Assembly (NCBI GenBank): GCA_043228905.1 | Contig: JBHGNT010000009.1 | Coordinates: 6,262,001-6,326,000 of the forward strand | Reading direction: 5' to 3' | Length of the DNA stretch: 64,000 bases | Source: Azolla caroliniana | Taxonomy: Eukaryota; Plantae; Polypodiophyta | Shown: piece after piece, positions 51,744-64,000 of the stretch | Position numbering within the stretch: the stretch's first letter is position 1 | Layout of the letters: every line of letters begins with the position of its first letter | Notes under the pieces: model-generated | Told to the model about the DNA's origin: nothing | Seen by the model: the letters and a program-made list of their open reading frames with translations, nothing else | The model's database searches: none | Program-made: the position numbers and the translations under genes

Positions 51744-52377
51744 ATCTTCGTTGCCAACTGCTGTATTGATTGAAGCCGTAGTGAAGAAATTTGAAGAGGA
51801 AGAAGGAAGCAAATAAGAGGAAACTGTACAGAAATCAAGCTCTGATTTTTAACCAGGTGTAACAATAAAACACAAAGACCGAGCTCTGACAGACCCTGGA
51901 ATTTAAGCTCGCGAAGCAGAATTAGAAGCACAGGAATTAAGAAAAGAAGAAGAAGACGATGGAACAACCAGAAGGCGTTGAAGAAGAATCACAGAAAAAA
52001 GAAAAAAAAAAAAGAGGAAAAAACAGAGATTGAAGGAGAAGATCCGATCGTTGCAGAAGGGAAGTCTGAATTGGCAGAAGTGGAGATTAAAATATCGAGA
52101 ACTGAGCTGTGGCGGAGGAAGAATTGGGGCAAAGGAAAAAACCAGGCAGGCAGGCAGGCAGTAGGAAACCTATATAATGAAGGGATTGTGGAAGAAGAGA
52201 AATGTGCAGAGCAACAATGAGGAAGTGGAGAGGCTGGCTATGGCGAGAGAGAGAGAGAGAGAGAGAGAGTCGATCCTAAGCAGAATCGAGAAGAGAAGGA
52301 TCCACTGCGGAGAGAGCTGAGCTGAGCTGAGAGCTCTCTGGCTATGGCGGACACAGAGCAAAAATAGAAACTCAGAA

Positions 52378-52505
52378 GAGTATATAGAAAAAACACGAAG
52401 GAGGAGGAGAAGGAGAAAGGGAATCAAGTCACATGTAACCATGGTTAAGTTAACGTGACTTAACTTAACCAGGGTTAGGTTAACGGCCGTCAAGCCTTGA
52501 CTGAC
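52378..52505 (-). promoter_or_regulatory. Putative FLZ core promoter: TATA plus palindromic GGTTAA cluster
   Basis: CTATATA on the minus strand at 52381-52387, followed by a CT-rich leader. Inverted repeat at 52436-52477. TTGAC/TGAC at 52497-52506. Confidence 0.55.
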
Positions 52506-55500
52506 GCCCGCTACTTTTGGATGGGAGACGTAGACCCTATCTCTTTCTCACCTTCTTCTTCTTTTTCTTCTTCTTCTTCTTCTTCTTCTTTCCCAATTCA
52601 TTCTTTATTTTTTTTATGTTCCTATTCCTTCTTCTTTTTTCCCAATTGTTTTTTTGGGTGTGTTCTTTTTTTCCCCTTTTGGTTTATTATAAATTTATAT
52701 GTATCGAAGTGTACATATTAGTTTGGTCATGAGGAAGCACAAATAAAAAGTCTTCCACATTACATAAATTATATGATCGATTCCCTTCTTCTACATTTTA
52801 TATGTTACACAATCCATCTCTGGTCATGACTCTATATGTCCCAATCTATTTCACCCACCTGGCAGATGAACACCCGTCATCATTCCAGACCTTGTCACCT
52901 GCTACGAACTTCTCTCCCGTCCATGAAAGTCCCCCCACGTCCCCACCTAGACAATGTCCGCTCGCCCGCCTGCCCCACCATCCCATCTATACAAGCAATG
53001 TCACAGAGCAGGGCAATAAAACCATGTGTGGCTTTCCCAATCATGTTTTTCACAGATACATGGTATTCACTTTTGTCGCCTTCTGTTAACTGAGATGTGT
53101 GGCTGTGACCTTACCCTGGGTCTATTGCTAGGTTGTAGAAGCAATTGCTTGGCCTCTCAATCCCAACTAGGTATCCAAACCCTCACATGTAGAAAAAACT
53201 CATAAAAGTCGAGCATTGTTCGAAGAAGAAGCATATCAATGTCTCTGATCGTGCCAACGTTCCCTATGAGAGCCACGTGTAAAAGTTCTCGTGTCAAAAG
53301 ATAGTGATTTCTTATGCTTGTACCATATCATTGTGAAGCCACTGTCTTGTGGATCCAACATCTCTTTACTTTATTGTAATTAAAGCTAGAGATCTCCTAA
53401 GCATGCCACGCCTTAAGTGCTCAAATATTTATAAAAAAAACAAATATATGCAATGCACATCGCATTGATGTAATTCAAATGTAGCATGAACCTTGAGCTC
53501 TCAAGAAATTCATGCTTCGTAACATATGCGCTAAATTGTTTCTAGTGCTTTTACATTACCTAATTCACGTACATTGATATTGTTACAAAAGGAAAGGCGT
53601 GCATAGATGGACGTCACTTGAGGAGGAAATGTGCAGGGATGTGGTTAATGTCCTAAACCTTCATTCTAGAGTACGCGTAATTGATTATTGAATCCTCGGT
53701 TTGGAGGAAAGTGCATGGATGTGATTACTTTCCTAAACCTTCATTTGAACAACCTTAGGAAATAATGTTAGAGCTTTTATTATGGTTAAAAGCAACCAAG
53801 TTCAATGTATCTTAGTAGGACTTAGAGTAAAGTAAAAGATGCTCAACTTATAAGTCCATCTTAAATACAAAAATAAATACCCGCGAATGGTGGAGGGTTT
53901 CACATCCCACAAGGTGCACGATATCTTGCCAAAAACAAATCCTCTCACAATGACACTCACACAAAGTATGGCCACTCCAGTTATTAATACATTGTACATT
54001 TTATTAGAAAATACGAGGATTATTCCTTAATTGTAGTAGGTTTGCCCTCCTACTGTCACGGAGCACACATCCCTCGATGATGGCGTTCTTCACTTTGCTA
54101 TGGTGATGTACTACTCCATTCTTTCTATCCAATACATCACGTGCCAGCTAGTACTTGTGGGCATCGGTCTTAAAAACTACATATGAATGATATATATATA
54201 TATATATAATAATATATATATTACTTTTGTGGCCCAAGCATGGTTGTTAGTGGGTTAGCATCATAATGGATACATACATATGTGATGATGCCCCTTTGGA
54301 TACATATGTGAAAGTGTGTGTGCTTTCCTATGAGATGTGTCTAGTTCTCCATGCTCCATCCTCAACATAAATTTACGTAATTCATAAATTCGTGTAATGT
54401 TCATGATAAGTGCACTAGACATTCTACACATGCTTATTTTACTATCTATCTAGAATATGTGTGTGAGCGTGTGCACATATGTTTTAAGGAATTGTTTGTT
54501 TGTGTGCATGTGTCTATGCTTGTGAGAGCGCGTGTGCGTATGTCGAAGACTAGCTCGCATCATGCACATTTTTGGGCCCTCTATATAGAAGATACAAACA
54601 ACTTAGGCTAAAGTTCCACCTTTAACCACCTAAAGATTCATTAGTGGCCCAATTCCTTTTGTGGTTCGTACTTTGGACAAAAGACTAGCTTAATAAAGGC
54701 GAAGGCGATTTTCGGCATGTCTTCATGTGCCAGTGTCTTTATGTGTACAAGTTTTCTTTATTACTTTCTCTAGAAAAGTGACCAACTTTGAGAAAATTTG
54801 TAAGCATCTAAACGTCGATCAATTAATTTCAGATGATATATATTTTCAACGGGTGTATGTATTCCAGCTCCCTGGGGCATTTAGTAGCCAAAAATGATGG
54901 GTATGTGGATATTTGTGATTGGTGCTATGTCCATGAGACCCGGTTTGTTTCCCTGTGCGATATTCCCATATTTTTTCCACCTCCACAAGAATAAGAAGAA
55001 ACCGAAGTGAGAATACAATGTGAAGTACATCGATAGAGCTATTCTATTGAGCCCCCTTGTACGTTCATGTATGCATTATGCTTGGTCTATGAGGCATTGG
55101 CTATGTATGCTCATTGCTACCTTACATTAGCATCTCGTTGATGGTTTGAGTTGTGACTCTCAAAGTGCTTTTTCTATGTGTTGTAGATGCTCATACCTAA
55201 GCATGTCATATCTTGCCATGTTGGTTCATACTTCATTACTAACATCCCACAACCTTGATCATGATACTCCAATCAATACATCCTCATTTCTTTGGACGTG
55301 ATATGCCATATCTTTGGCAAGAATCTTGTCCACACATAGTTTTGGACTCTTTTAAACATGTACATTATCAAATTTGCTATGCATTAAGTATTTCTTTAAC
55401 ACCTAAGTCTAATGATTACTATTATATGCATGTTCGACTCGAATTTGTGTTGAGCGACTTTTCAAGCCATACCTTTTTTTTTGGAGGTCATTCAGCAATC

Positions 55501-58500
55501 GATATTTTGTGTTTCAAAGGCATTCAAGATTTTTTGTCATATGCGTATAATTCATTCTCCTCTTTGAATAAAGTGCGAGAGAATGGAAAGCTTGGACCCA
55601 CTAGTTTCAAATAAGAAAGTGATGCCCAGATATAATAAAGGAGTTAAATATCGGTAGGGGTTGTAAAGCATAAAACAAGCATTTGTAGGCAATTATGAAA
55701 GAAATGTTCGGAAATAGATTTTGCCACAATTATGCAGTAGAAACAATGTATGCAAGTACGAGTTTGTCTTTTACCAAAATGCTAGCATCATGCCATCTAC
55801 ATTTCTAATTTGTCCTGAACTAACCAGTTTGGATTCTTAAATATGGCCATGAATTAGAACCCGGGCCTCAATATCAAGTCTTGATCTCAACGATAGATTG
55901 CAATAATGATTTACATGAGAGGAGAAAAATGAGGTCTAATGTACCTATTTTGTTTTGATTCTCCACGTCATTGTTCCATTATAATTTGTAGAAAAGCACG
56001 AAAGTCGAAACTATCGAGATTATGGATCTTAATCTTGTCGATTATCACAGTCATCCAGCGTGATATGCCAAATTCTAATACATTTGGTAGAATTAGGTGG
56101 TCGATACAAAGTACAAGTGTGGTTATAACATGAGTCTATCTTGTCATGGAACTTTGGAAGTAACAACCTTTCTTGAATATTTGACAACAAATTATTTCGC
56201 ATTTGCGCGTTTGTCGGATTGACGAAACAAGCATTGTTTACTGATAGGCACTTGAAGCAAATTGATGGGAAATTATATGATAAAAACAAAATTTCTACTG
56301 TTCAAGTCTACACATTTCTTAATTCTAAAGCTACGTGCAAAAAGATAGTGTTCCCCACAAAGGGTAATTTGAAAAAGTAAAGGTTGTAAACATGAAGGAT
56401 AAAATTGAAACCAAGGTTGAAGTTAAATTGGGCTTACCCTTAATTTATGGATTTTTAATCCTAGGTGTATAAATGCATCCATAACTCCAAACTTTCCTCC
56501 AAAAATGCAAATTCCTTTAAAATAGCATAAATTTCTATAATGACACACTATGGGATTTTACAAACAAGAAGATTTTGTGGAGATTGGTTATTGGAAACTT
56601 GTATTCGCATCTAGGATATTGAGAATGTATCTACTATGGGCTTCTTGACTAGAAAAGCGGAAAAATAGATGGAGACTCAAAACAGATAGATAGATAGATA
56701 TCTTTTTAACATCCACGAGAGACTGATTGCAATGTATGTATAGGGCGGGGCTAAGCCCATGATGAGGATCGAGCTTGAGGAGAGAGAGAGAGAAGAGAAG
56801 AAGAAGAAGAAGAAGAAGAAGAAGAAGAAGAAATGTACCAACAATACCAAAGAGGCTTATATCGCTGATAATTTAGAACAGCTCACAACTTATAACTTGG
56901 TCACTTTTACCATGAAATGAAATCAAGATAACCACCTCTCGATTTTATTCTTGTGCTTGAGGAAGTTGAACTCCAACATTAGATTCTTTCGAATAATAAC
57001 CATGATATGTTTGTAGAATAGGTGTCCCATTCTTCATATTGGGCATCTCCTACACTTGTGTTCTTCACCCCTCTTCAAGTGATTAGGTGAGTTCATTTGC
57101 CTCCCACTCACACCTAACTGGATTTGTGAGGTTTGTGACATGTATATGGGGGGAGCTAGTTAAAGTTGAGAACCCTCCTCTTTCCTCACGAGTGTGAGAA
57201 TGTGTTATCGTTCAATCTAAATATGTGAATGACCTATACCTCTCAAGTTCCAAGAAGGAAAATCCCACACTCTTGGGCCTTGAATTGCAAGATATGGTGC
57301 AATGGTCGAAACAACTCTTAGTACAAAGGTAATTTCATTAGATACCATAATTTAAACAATGGTTACAATGCTTAATAGGTTTATCCATGTATTTAGGGTG
57401 GATGATCTTGAATACGTCAAAAGATAGGTGGAGAATATATGTTGAATAAGTTTGATCCTATGCTCTCTCAGTAATTAGCCTTATAATGTTGTCTTTTAAC
57501 AATTAATCCATTTTTTACTAGATTAAGCACCAAAATGAGACAATTTGGGTATATAATTATTCGGGAACATTTTGCAAGCATAATCACGTACTCATTTCAG
57601 AATGCCAACAATGTTTATGCGTGATTCTTACCAATTACAAAGAGAGACATATGTGATTTGTGGGAAGTAGCAAAACCCATAGTGAGAGATTTTATTATTG
57701 TCGTAAGAGGTAATTCATAATTTATGGGACAAAAAGTGAAACATTTTCATGTAGTATGTGTGCATTTGAGTAGTGCCCCACCCCCACCTCTCTGGAGATA
57801 GATATATTTTTAAAGTCCATTGGAGACCAATTGCAAACTAGAGAGAGAGCAAGAGAAAGGGAGAGTGATTTTTAGTATGGCATATACTTCTATGAATTGT
57901 GTTTATGTTTTTTACTCTATTTTAATAGTCTTTATCTACATTTATTACATGATTATATTTGATATATATATATAATCACCCTCCAAGGCTAAGTTTGACC
58001 AATGGGACCAAAGGCGAAACATTTTCATGTTGTGTCTAGAGTTTAGTGGCTCTCAATGTTCAACAATTTTATCAACGACTGTTACTAAACTCTAAACCCT
58101 CATTTTACGATGGAGAGTGAAGTAAATGAAATGTGAGTACGGATTAGGTCAAACTGAAAATGCGTGGAAAACAAAGTTGAATGTGGAGCATTGTAACAAA
58201 GCATGATACGTATCTCACGAACTTGTTCAAAGCAAAATATGCAAAGTCATGGAGTCTCCTTGTGAGCCAACTCCCTCTCTCATATAATTCATTTTGGAGG
58301 CAATGTTGTGGATCCATGGGGAACACATGTATGGGTTTTAACATGCGCTCGTGAATGTGATCTCCCCCATTCTATGAAGAAGATGATTTTGTAATTTGAT
58401 GAAAAAAATATAATGCAATTGTGTGTGACGTGAGCCTCCATATTTTTTTCATGTCATGATACATTTGACACTGCAACCTCATTACAAAGGAATCTAATGA

Positions 58501-59249
58501 CCTTCATGAAGCACGTGACAGATAAAAAAATTTCGAAACATTTCTTCATATCTTTCATCCATCACAAGCTCAAAAATCTGCTTTTGTGCGTATTTGAAAC
58601 TAATTTATTTGTTTACAATGTAATTCTAGGAAGTAACCTTACTCATGTATTCGAGAACGCTTTCTTTGCTTGTGAACTAAATAGAAAGCTATTTGATCTC
58701 AAGAGGTAGGGTCTTCTATCTTGACTTGAAGCAACGTTGTATGAAAATCACTTTTGGAAAATTTCAAACTCTTTCCAAGTGGACTAAAGGATGCTACAAT
58801 CCCATACTTTCAACCCATAACGAATCACCATTGTCACCGAAGTGTCAAAGAGGTAGTTCTTGAGAGGCAATCACATATGTTCCCAAAGCCATCTTTCTTG
58901 CTTCCAAGTGGTGACTAGCACCTTCATCCCATCTATGTTTGGGGGAAACCTCAAGTCTAAGTTATTAAAACCTTTCCATCATATAAAGTGGCTTGTTATT
59001 ATATATAATACATGGTTTTATACTTATTTTAAGTCTTCACGATGAACGGAAACCATTATTTTTGACACCCAACATACTATGCATGCACAAACATTTTCCG
59101 AGTCACTCGGAGACGTATTAATTAAAATATTCTAAAGTATTTGTTAAAAGCATCACATTATTTGTGTATAACAAAAGCATGATAATTGCTTTCCGAATGG
59201 TAACTTCTCCAATAACTTCTTGTTTTATAGATTTACCAACAATTTGTTC

Positions 59250-60300
59250 TAACTCATGAATCCATATAATAAAGAGAGAGCATCTTTACTTAACACTAAT
59301 AGTGCTAGTGTGAAAAAAAATATGAAATTCAATCTTCCTTACATAAGCATATATTCATGTGGCACTTCAAGTTTTGTTTCCAAAGATGCTAATAGAGCAC
59401 CATATCATAAGGTTTCTTCTGTATATGACCCAACAATGTAATCCTTCACCTTTCCAACAACTTTCATCCATTAATACTTAAAGGGTGACTAAGTGATCAA
59501 TAAGCCCTTTACAATTCTTTTTAGCCCAAGAAATTTGTTTTGTTTCCATTACATGTTTATATAGCTTTATCACAAATGAACCTACCGTGATTGTCTTAAC
59601 GTTGTTTGGATTATTTATGTCTCATTTTATATCCCATTTGTACTCAAATTGTGGGGCATGCCATGTTATGAAGTTTGATTAAACATATAGCTTATCCGCT
59701 TCTTTTTTGTCTATTTGGGCATTTTGGTCTTGATACCTTAAAGTTCTACCTTACAAGTGACAAAATTGTGAACATACATTCTCAATAATAGAAAAGGAAG
59801 TCACATATGAGAGAGAACCATAACACATAATCATTCCCTAGTTTTATTGCTAATATATGCACTTACTATGCATGCACAAACCCAAAGATTTAAGTTACCA
59901 TAACTCTTGACATGTTTCCATGTTAAATTTTTGGAAAGTTAACCATATGTATTGGTTTTTCTCATGAATGTGGAGAAATGATTGATCAATGTCCTATTCT
60001 CTTTTATTTTCTTGAAGTCTCTTGTATGCATGCTGATACTTTTGATGGTGTCCTTATCATTGACAATGTCTAAACTCATAAAGTACTTTTGAGCTTCTTG
60101 GCAATGCTTATCAAACCATTTTTCCTTTGACCTACATTTAGTGATGCATTTGCAAAACACATAGATGATGGAAAAATTGTTCTATCTATATTATGTTTAT
60201 GCCTTTTCATTTTATTTTAATGTTCTTTATGTAACTTCATTAGATGATTACATCCTTCTCAAATAAATTAAATCATTCCCTCTATGTTTAGTGAACTCGT
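59250..60300 (-). mobile_element. Highly decayed RTE-type LINE remnant
   Basis: KWFDKHCQEAQK parallels WFDDECK of the RTE at 19815-19835; otherwise eroded. Confidence 0.45.
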
Positions 60301-60907
60301 GTTGTCTCCATGTGGGTATAGTTATTTAGATGGTTGTTACATGTGGATAAATTTGCTAACGCTAACAATGAATGGAGCTAGGGGAAGGACAAAAGGAGGA
60401 ACGTGCAGATGGTGACGCAAGGAGGAAGTGGCCCGAGGTGGAACTACCAACCCCCACGCTGGTTATTTCCTACTCACCTCCCACCCTCCCTTTGTTGTAT
60501 ATAGGTATCTACTCACATTAAGTAGTCAGTTCGAAAGGCTATGTATGTAGTCTCATTTTCTTGAACTTGGTCGGAGGGTGATTCCCCGATTTATGTATAA
60601 GCCTCCTTGTATAGTCTCTTTGTAATAATCCTTCTGAACTATGGGAAAGTAACTTCATTTTGGGAAAAAAAAGGATAAGAGGAGGGACGGTTTAGGAAGG
60701 AGAAGTATGCATGAATGGGGAAGCAAAAGAAAGGAGGGTTAGGTGTGCTACAAGAGAATCAAGAGAGCTTTTCATGTTTCCGGCATGTCGAAACACATAA
60801 CTCCCACATGGTGTATTGTGGAGAAGCACTTGTGGTCTAGGGGCAAAGAATGTGTGGTTTTGGCTCAATGTATGGCTACATGTTGGCTATGAAACCTGCA
60901 TGGATAT

Positions 60908-60908
<1 letters not shown>

Positions 60909-60957
<49 letters not shown>
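60909..60957. repeat. (CA)n microsatellite
   Basis: Pure CA run. Others: (GT)n 36874-36910, (GA)n 46261-46293, (CT)n 47794-47836, (GAA)n ~56797-56832. Confidence 0.95.
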
Positions 60958-60958
<1 letters not shown>

Positions 60959-63900
60959 ACATCACAATTTTAAGTTTTTTGGGTAGAAAATAAAAATTAC
61001 ACAAGTTCAACCCAAGTTCTTTTCATCGATTGCCATGCATCTTGGTGCATCTCTTGACATATATAAAAGAATACCACAATCCTTGTTTAAACAACAGAGT
61101 AGGAGAAACAAACAATAAATGATATAGTAAAGCTAAGGCTCCACCTCATATGTCGCTTCACACTCCTTAGTTATGATAACCCTAAGGATGTTATCCATCT
61201 AATAAAACAAGAAATTGACAAGTTGGTCAATTTCGTTATTGTGAAACAGTACAATTAATTTTGGAGATTCAGAATACTATTTTTGTTGTTGACACTCTTA
61301 GTCACATTTAAAATTTTATTCTTTTCAAGGTTACACCAAAATCATCTTTGTACTTGGTCGCTTTTCTTTGCTATTCATAACCTCGCCCTTATCGACATTT
61401 CAAGGAAATGATTTAGGACATGCTATGAGGTTTCTCAAGCAAATAATTTGTTCTTTAGATAATCTAGATAACATAAGGCACTTTACCTTTAAACCACCAT
61501 TTAAACTTCACTTTACCTCTAATCTTCCCTTTAATCTTCATTGTTGAATTATGGATAATTGAACTTATTTTTAGACAATATCTTATTTATAGAATCTACT
61601 TCTTCTAGGTCATGAACCTCTTCTCTAGACTCTCACAAACAATTTTAGCATTCTAAACAAAATATTTAAAACCTTGTCGATTCATACAATTGTACACCCC
61701 ATTAAAAAAACAAGGATAACCATCATAAGCATAAAAAAGTTAAGGTCAACTTTGATTTATAATTTGTCACGTTGTAAGAACTAAAAAAAATACAATTACA
61801 CAAATGGTATGGTTTGCATTAAAAAACTCGAAGCATGCGGCGTTTTATTCTCTATTGTCGTAAATCAACGCATACATACATTACAAAACTCTCATAGAAT
61901 ATGCATGGTTCACACACTTGTGTTACATAAAATATGGTAAACATTTCTTTGACATTTTAATACTTTTTTTATAATTTTTGGAACCCTAAAGTTCATAATT
62001 CCGTGCCTCAAAAATGTATTCTAGGAAGGGGGCATTTTCTAATAAAGAAGTTGAAGAAAATTGTCAGTGCAATTCAAATAACTTAAAACAGAATTTGTGA
62101 CATGATTCCGCATAGAGAGGGGAAAACCATCATTATCTACGTACTTTTTACTCTTGAAGTCATTATAACATGACAATTTGATGAACATTGGGCTTATATT
62201 TCGTCTAAACTTCATTATAACCACATGGTACATTATTCACAAGTGTAAAGCATAAATTGACTAGAATAAATCGGTGAATATAAAAAAACAATAAGTGAGA
62301 AAGGCAGGGAATTAATTAGGGTTAGGACGAATATTATTATTGCAATGCCTAAAACGGTAGGGAACTAATCACAGATGAATAGGATGAACAACAATACCCT
62401 ACTTTAGCTATGTTATTGGTGTCAGCTCTTGGATTGCGAAAGTGAACTCGTTGAATTCACGTAGTAGTAAAAACATGAATTTTCTTTACAATGAACATAA
62501 TATTAGACCAATCACCTTCATTCAATTATTAATTTGAATGGACTATAAAAGCAATGATGTGCTTTTGCAGTGTGGTGTCTTGTTCATGAGATGGATTGGT
62601 TGTTTTACCAACTAACTATATTTGTTTGCCCCACTAAATTTTGTTAGATTGTTAGTTCATATTTGTTACCCATGATACCCTTATAAATCCCAAATGTAGC
62701 TCGACCAACTAGGGCCATGATCTTGTTATGTGCTGGATTTAGTGTTATTTTCTTGTGTAGCAATCAATATTTCATTTTCCATCAAATTTTATGTGCCAAA
62801 TGAGATAATAGGATTTTATTACGTGAGGAAATGAGGCAAAGAAAAAACATAAATGATGTAATACCAACTTTGTAAGACTAGAAAAAATGCACGAAGATCA
62901 TTCATGCTCAAAAACATTATAGTTTTGGAATCTTAACGACATCTTGAATATTATGCAATATATCTAATGTCATCCTTTGCATATGACAACCATATTGCCC
63001 CATGGTAAGAGTAAATGTGATAACAAAATTATCATTTCTTGAAACTTCGCAAAAGGGAGATCTTTAGATAATTTAGATTTTGAAACAAGGCATTACATGC
63101 TGAAGCACAATCTGAAACAAGACACTAGGAAGTTTAAACATCCTCACAAATGGCTATTGATTGGTTCACACAACAATGAGTTTGATGTTACATTTATTGT
63201 ACATAATTCCGATGTGAGACAATGCATAAAATTATTTGAAATCCACAAGATATTTTTACTCTATGTTTAGCTGTTGGAAAACTAGAAGTTATTTCACCAT
63301 ATTTTGAAAAACCCAAAATATATTTTTGTACAATACTCACCAAAGGTCATCATTTCAAGAGACTTACAAAAAAGCTTAAAGATATTTATCAAATAATTCA
63401 ATCCTAGATGATTCTGGGTATCGATTTAAGCAAAGTTCCAACAATGGGGATAATACAAACATTCAGAGTCATTCAAAGTTTGACAATAGAGATACATGTT
63501 GCAAAAGCCATTAACTTAAAAGTAAGACATTACAACATAGATGTCCTTGGTCATCTCTTCAATCAAGTTAATCGCAGATATATCTACATCACAGCTATGG
63601 GTTTCCTCAATGACATTAACATACTGAAATTTAGGTAAGTGCTGTAAAAAAGGCATCACATACTTTGTGGCTCATTCCATTCTTATAAGTCTATATTCTG
63701 GAAGTTGACATACTACATACGATATAGGTGACTTCAATACAAATCCTGAAAGAACTCATACACATTGTTCCCTAGGTTCCACCATATCCAAATAGCCTCA
63801 TCATCAATTAAGAATCCCTATTCAAAGACTCATAATCGGGTTTGTTTATAGTTGTGTTTAGAATGTGTGCTAGAAACCATGCTAAAGTGAAAAGTTTGAT

Positions 63901-64000
63901 AATGTATTGATCGCAAACTCATGACCATATGCTAGTGTCTGAGATTTCTCTGCCCTTGGCAATCAAATATATGGTTATAACATCATTTATTGCCCCATGA

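Noticed and set aside
55200-56300. Possible decayed coding or transposase remnant
   Set aside because: Frequent stops in the frames I read and no motif I can name; needs a translated HMM search.
63340-64000. Semi-open minus-strand frame at the right edge
   Set aside because: Contains stops and no recognisable domain; probably an eroded TE, but unsupported.
1-64000. CRISPR arrays, rRNA, conserved miRNA hairpins, prokaryotic defence systems
   Set aside because: The DNA is intron-containing plant sequence. Repeats are two-copy duplications or microsatellites with no repeat-spacer pattern, and I saw no match to the conserved mature miRNAs I recall.

Overview
Eukaryotic land-plant genomic DNA. 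A fern- or lycophyte-like genome is my inference from the TE families and the TE-packed large introns. There are two host genes, both on the minus strand. One is a 9-exon ASCC2 (CUE-domain) gene at 9517-37163, which I could splice into one 857-aa frame; it needs a GC-AG intron and has a NAGNAG acceptor. The other is a 2-exon FCS-like zinc finger (FLZ/DUF581) gene at 49734-51743. The left end is a triple nest: a young Tf1/Tcn1-type Gypsy element inside a Copia gag, inside an L1 LINE. The Gypsy has an open pol frame of 912 codons that the ORF track missed, a -1 frameshift signal, a self-priming PBS and a tRNA-like hairpin in its LTR. ASCC2 introns hold many RTE-type LINE copies in both orientations, plus a decayed Copia, a Gypsy integrase fragment and a solo LTR. 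These RTEs share a covarying 3' hairpin, and one lineage carries a C-terminal PCNA-binding (PIP-box) motif. The rest is AT-rich intergenic DNA with a hAT MITE, tRNA-derived remnants, tandem duplications and microsatellites.
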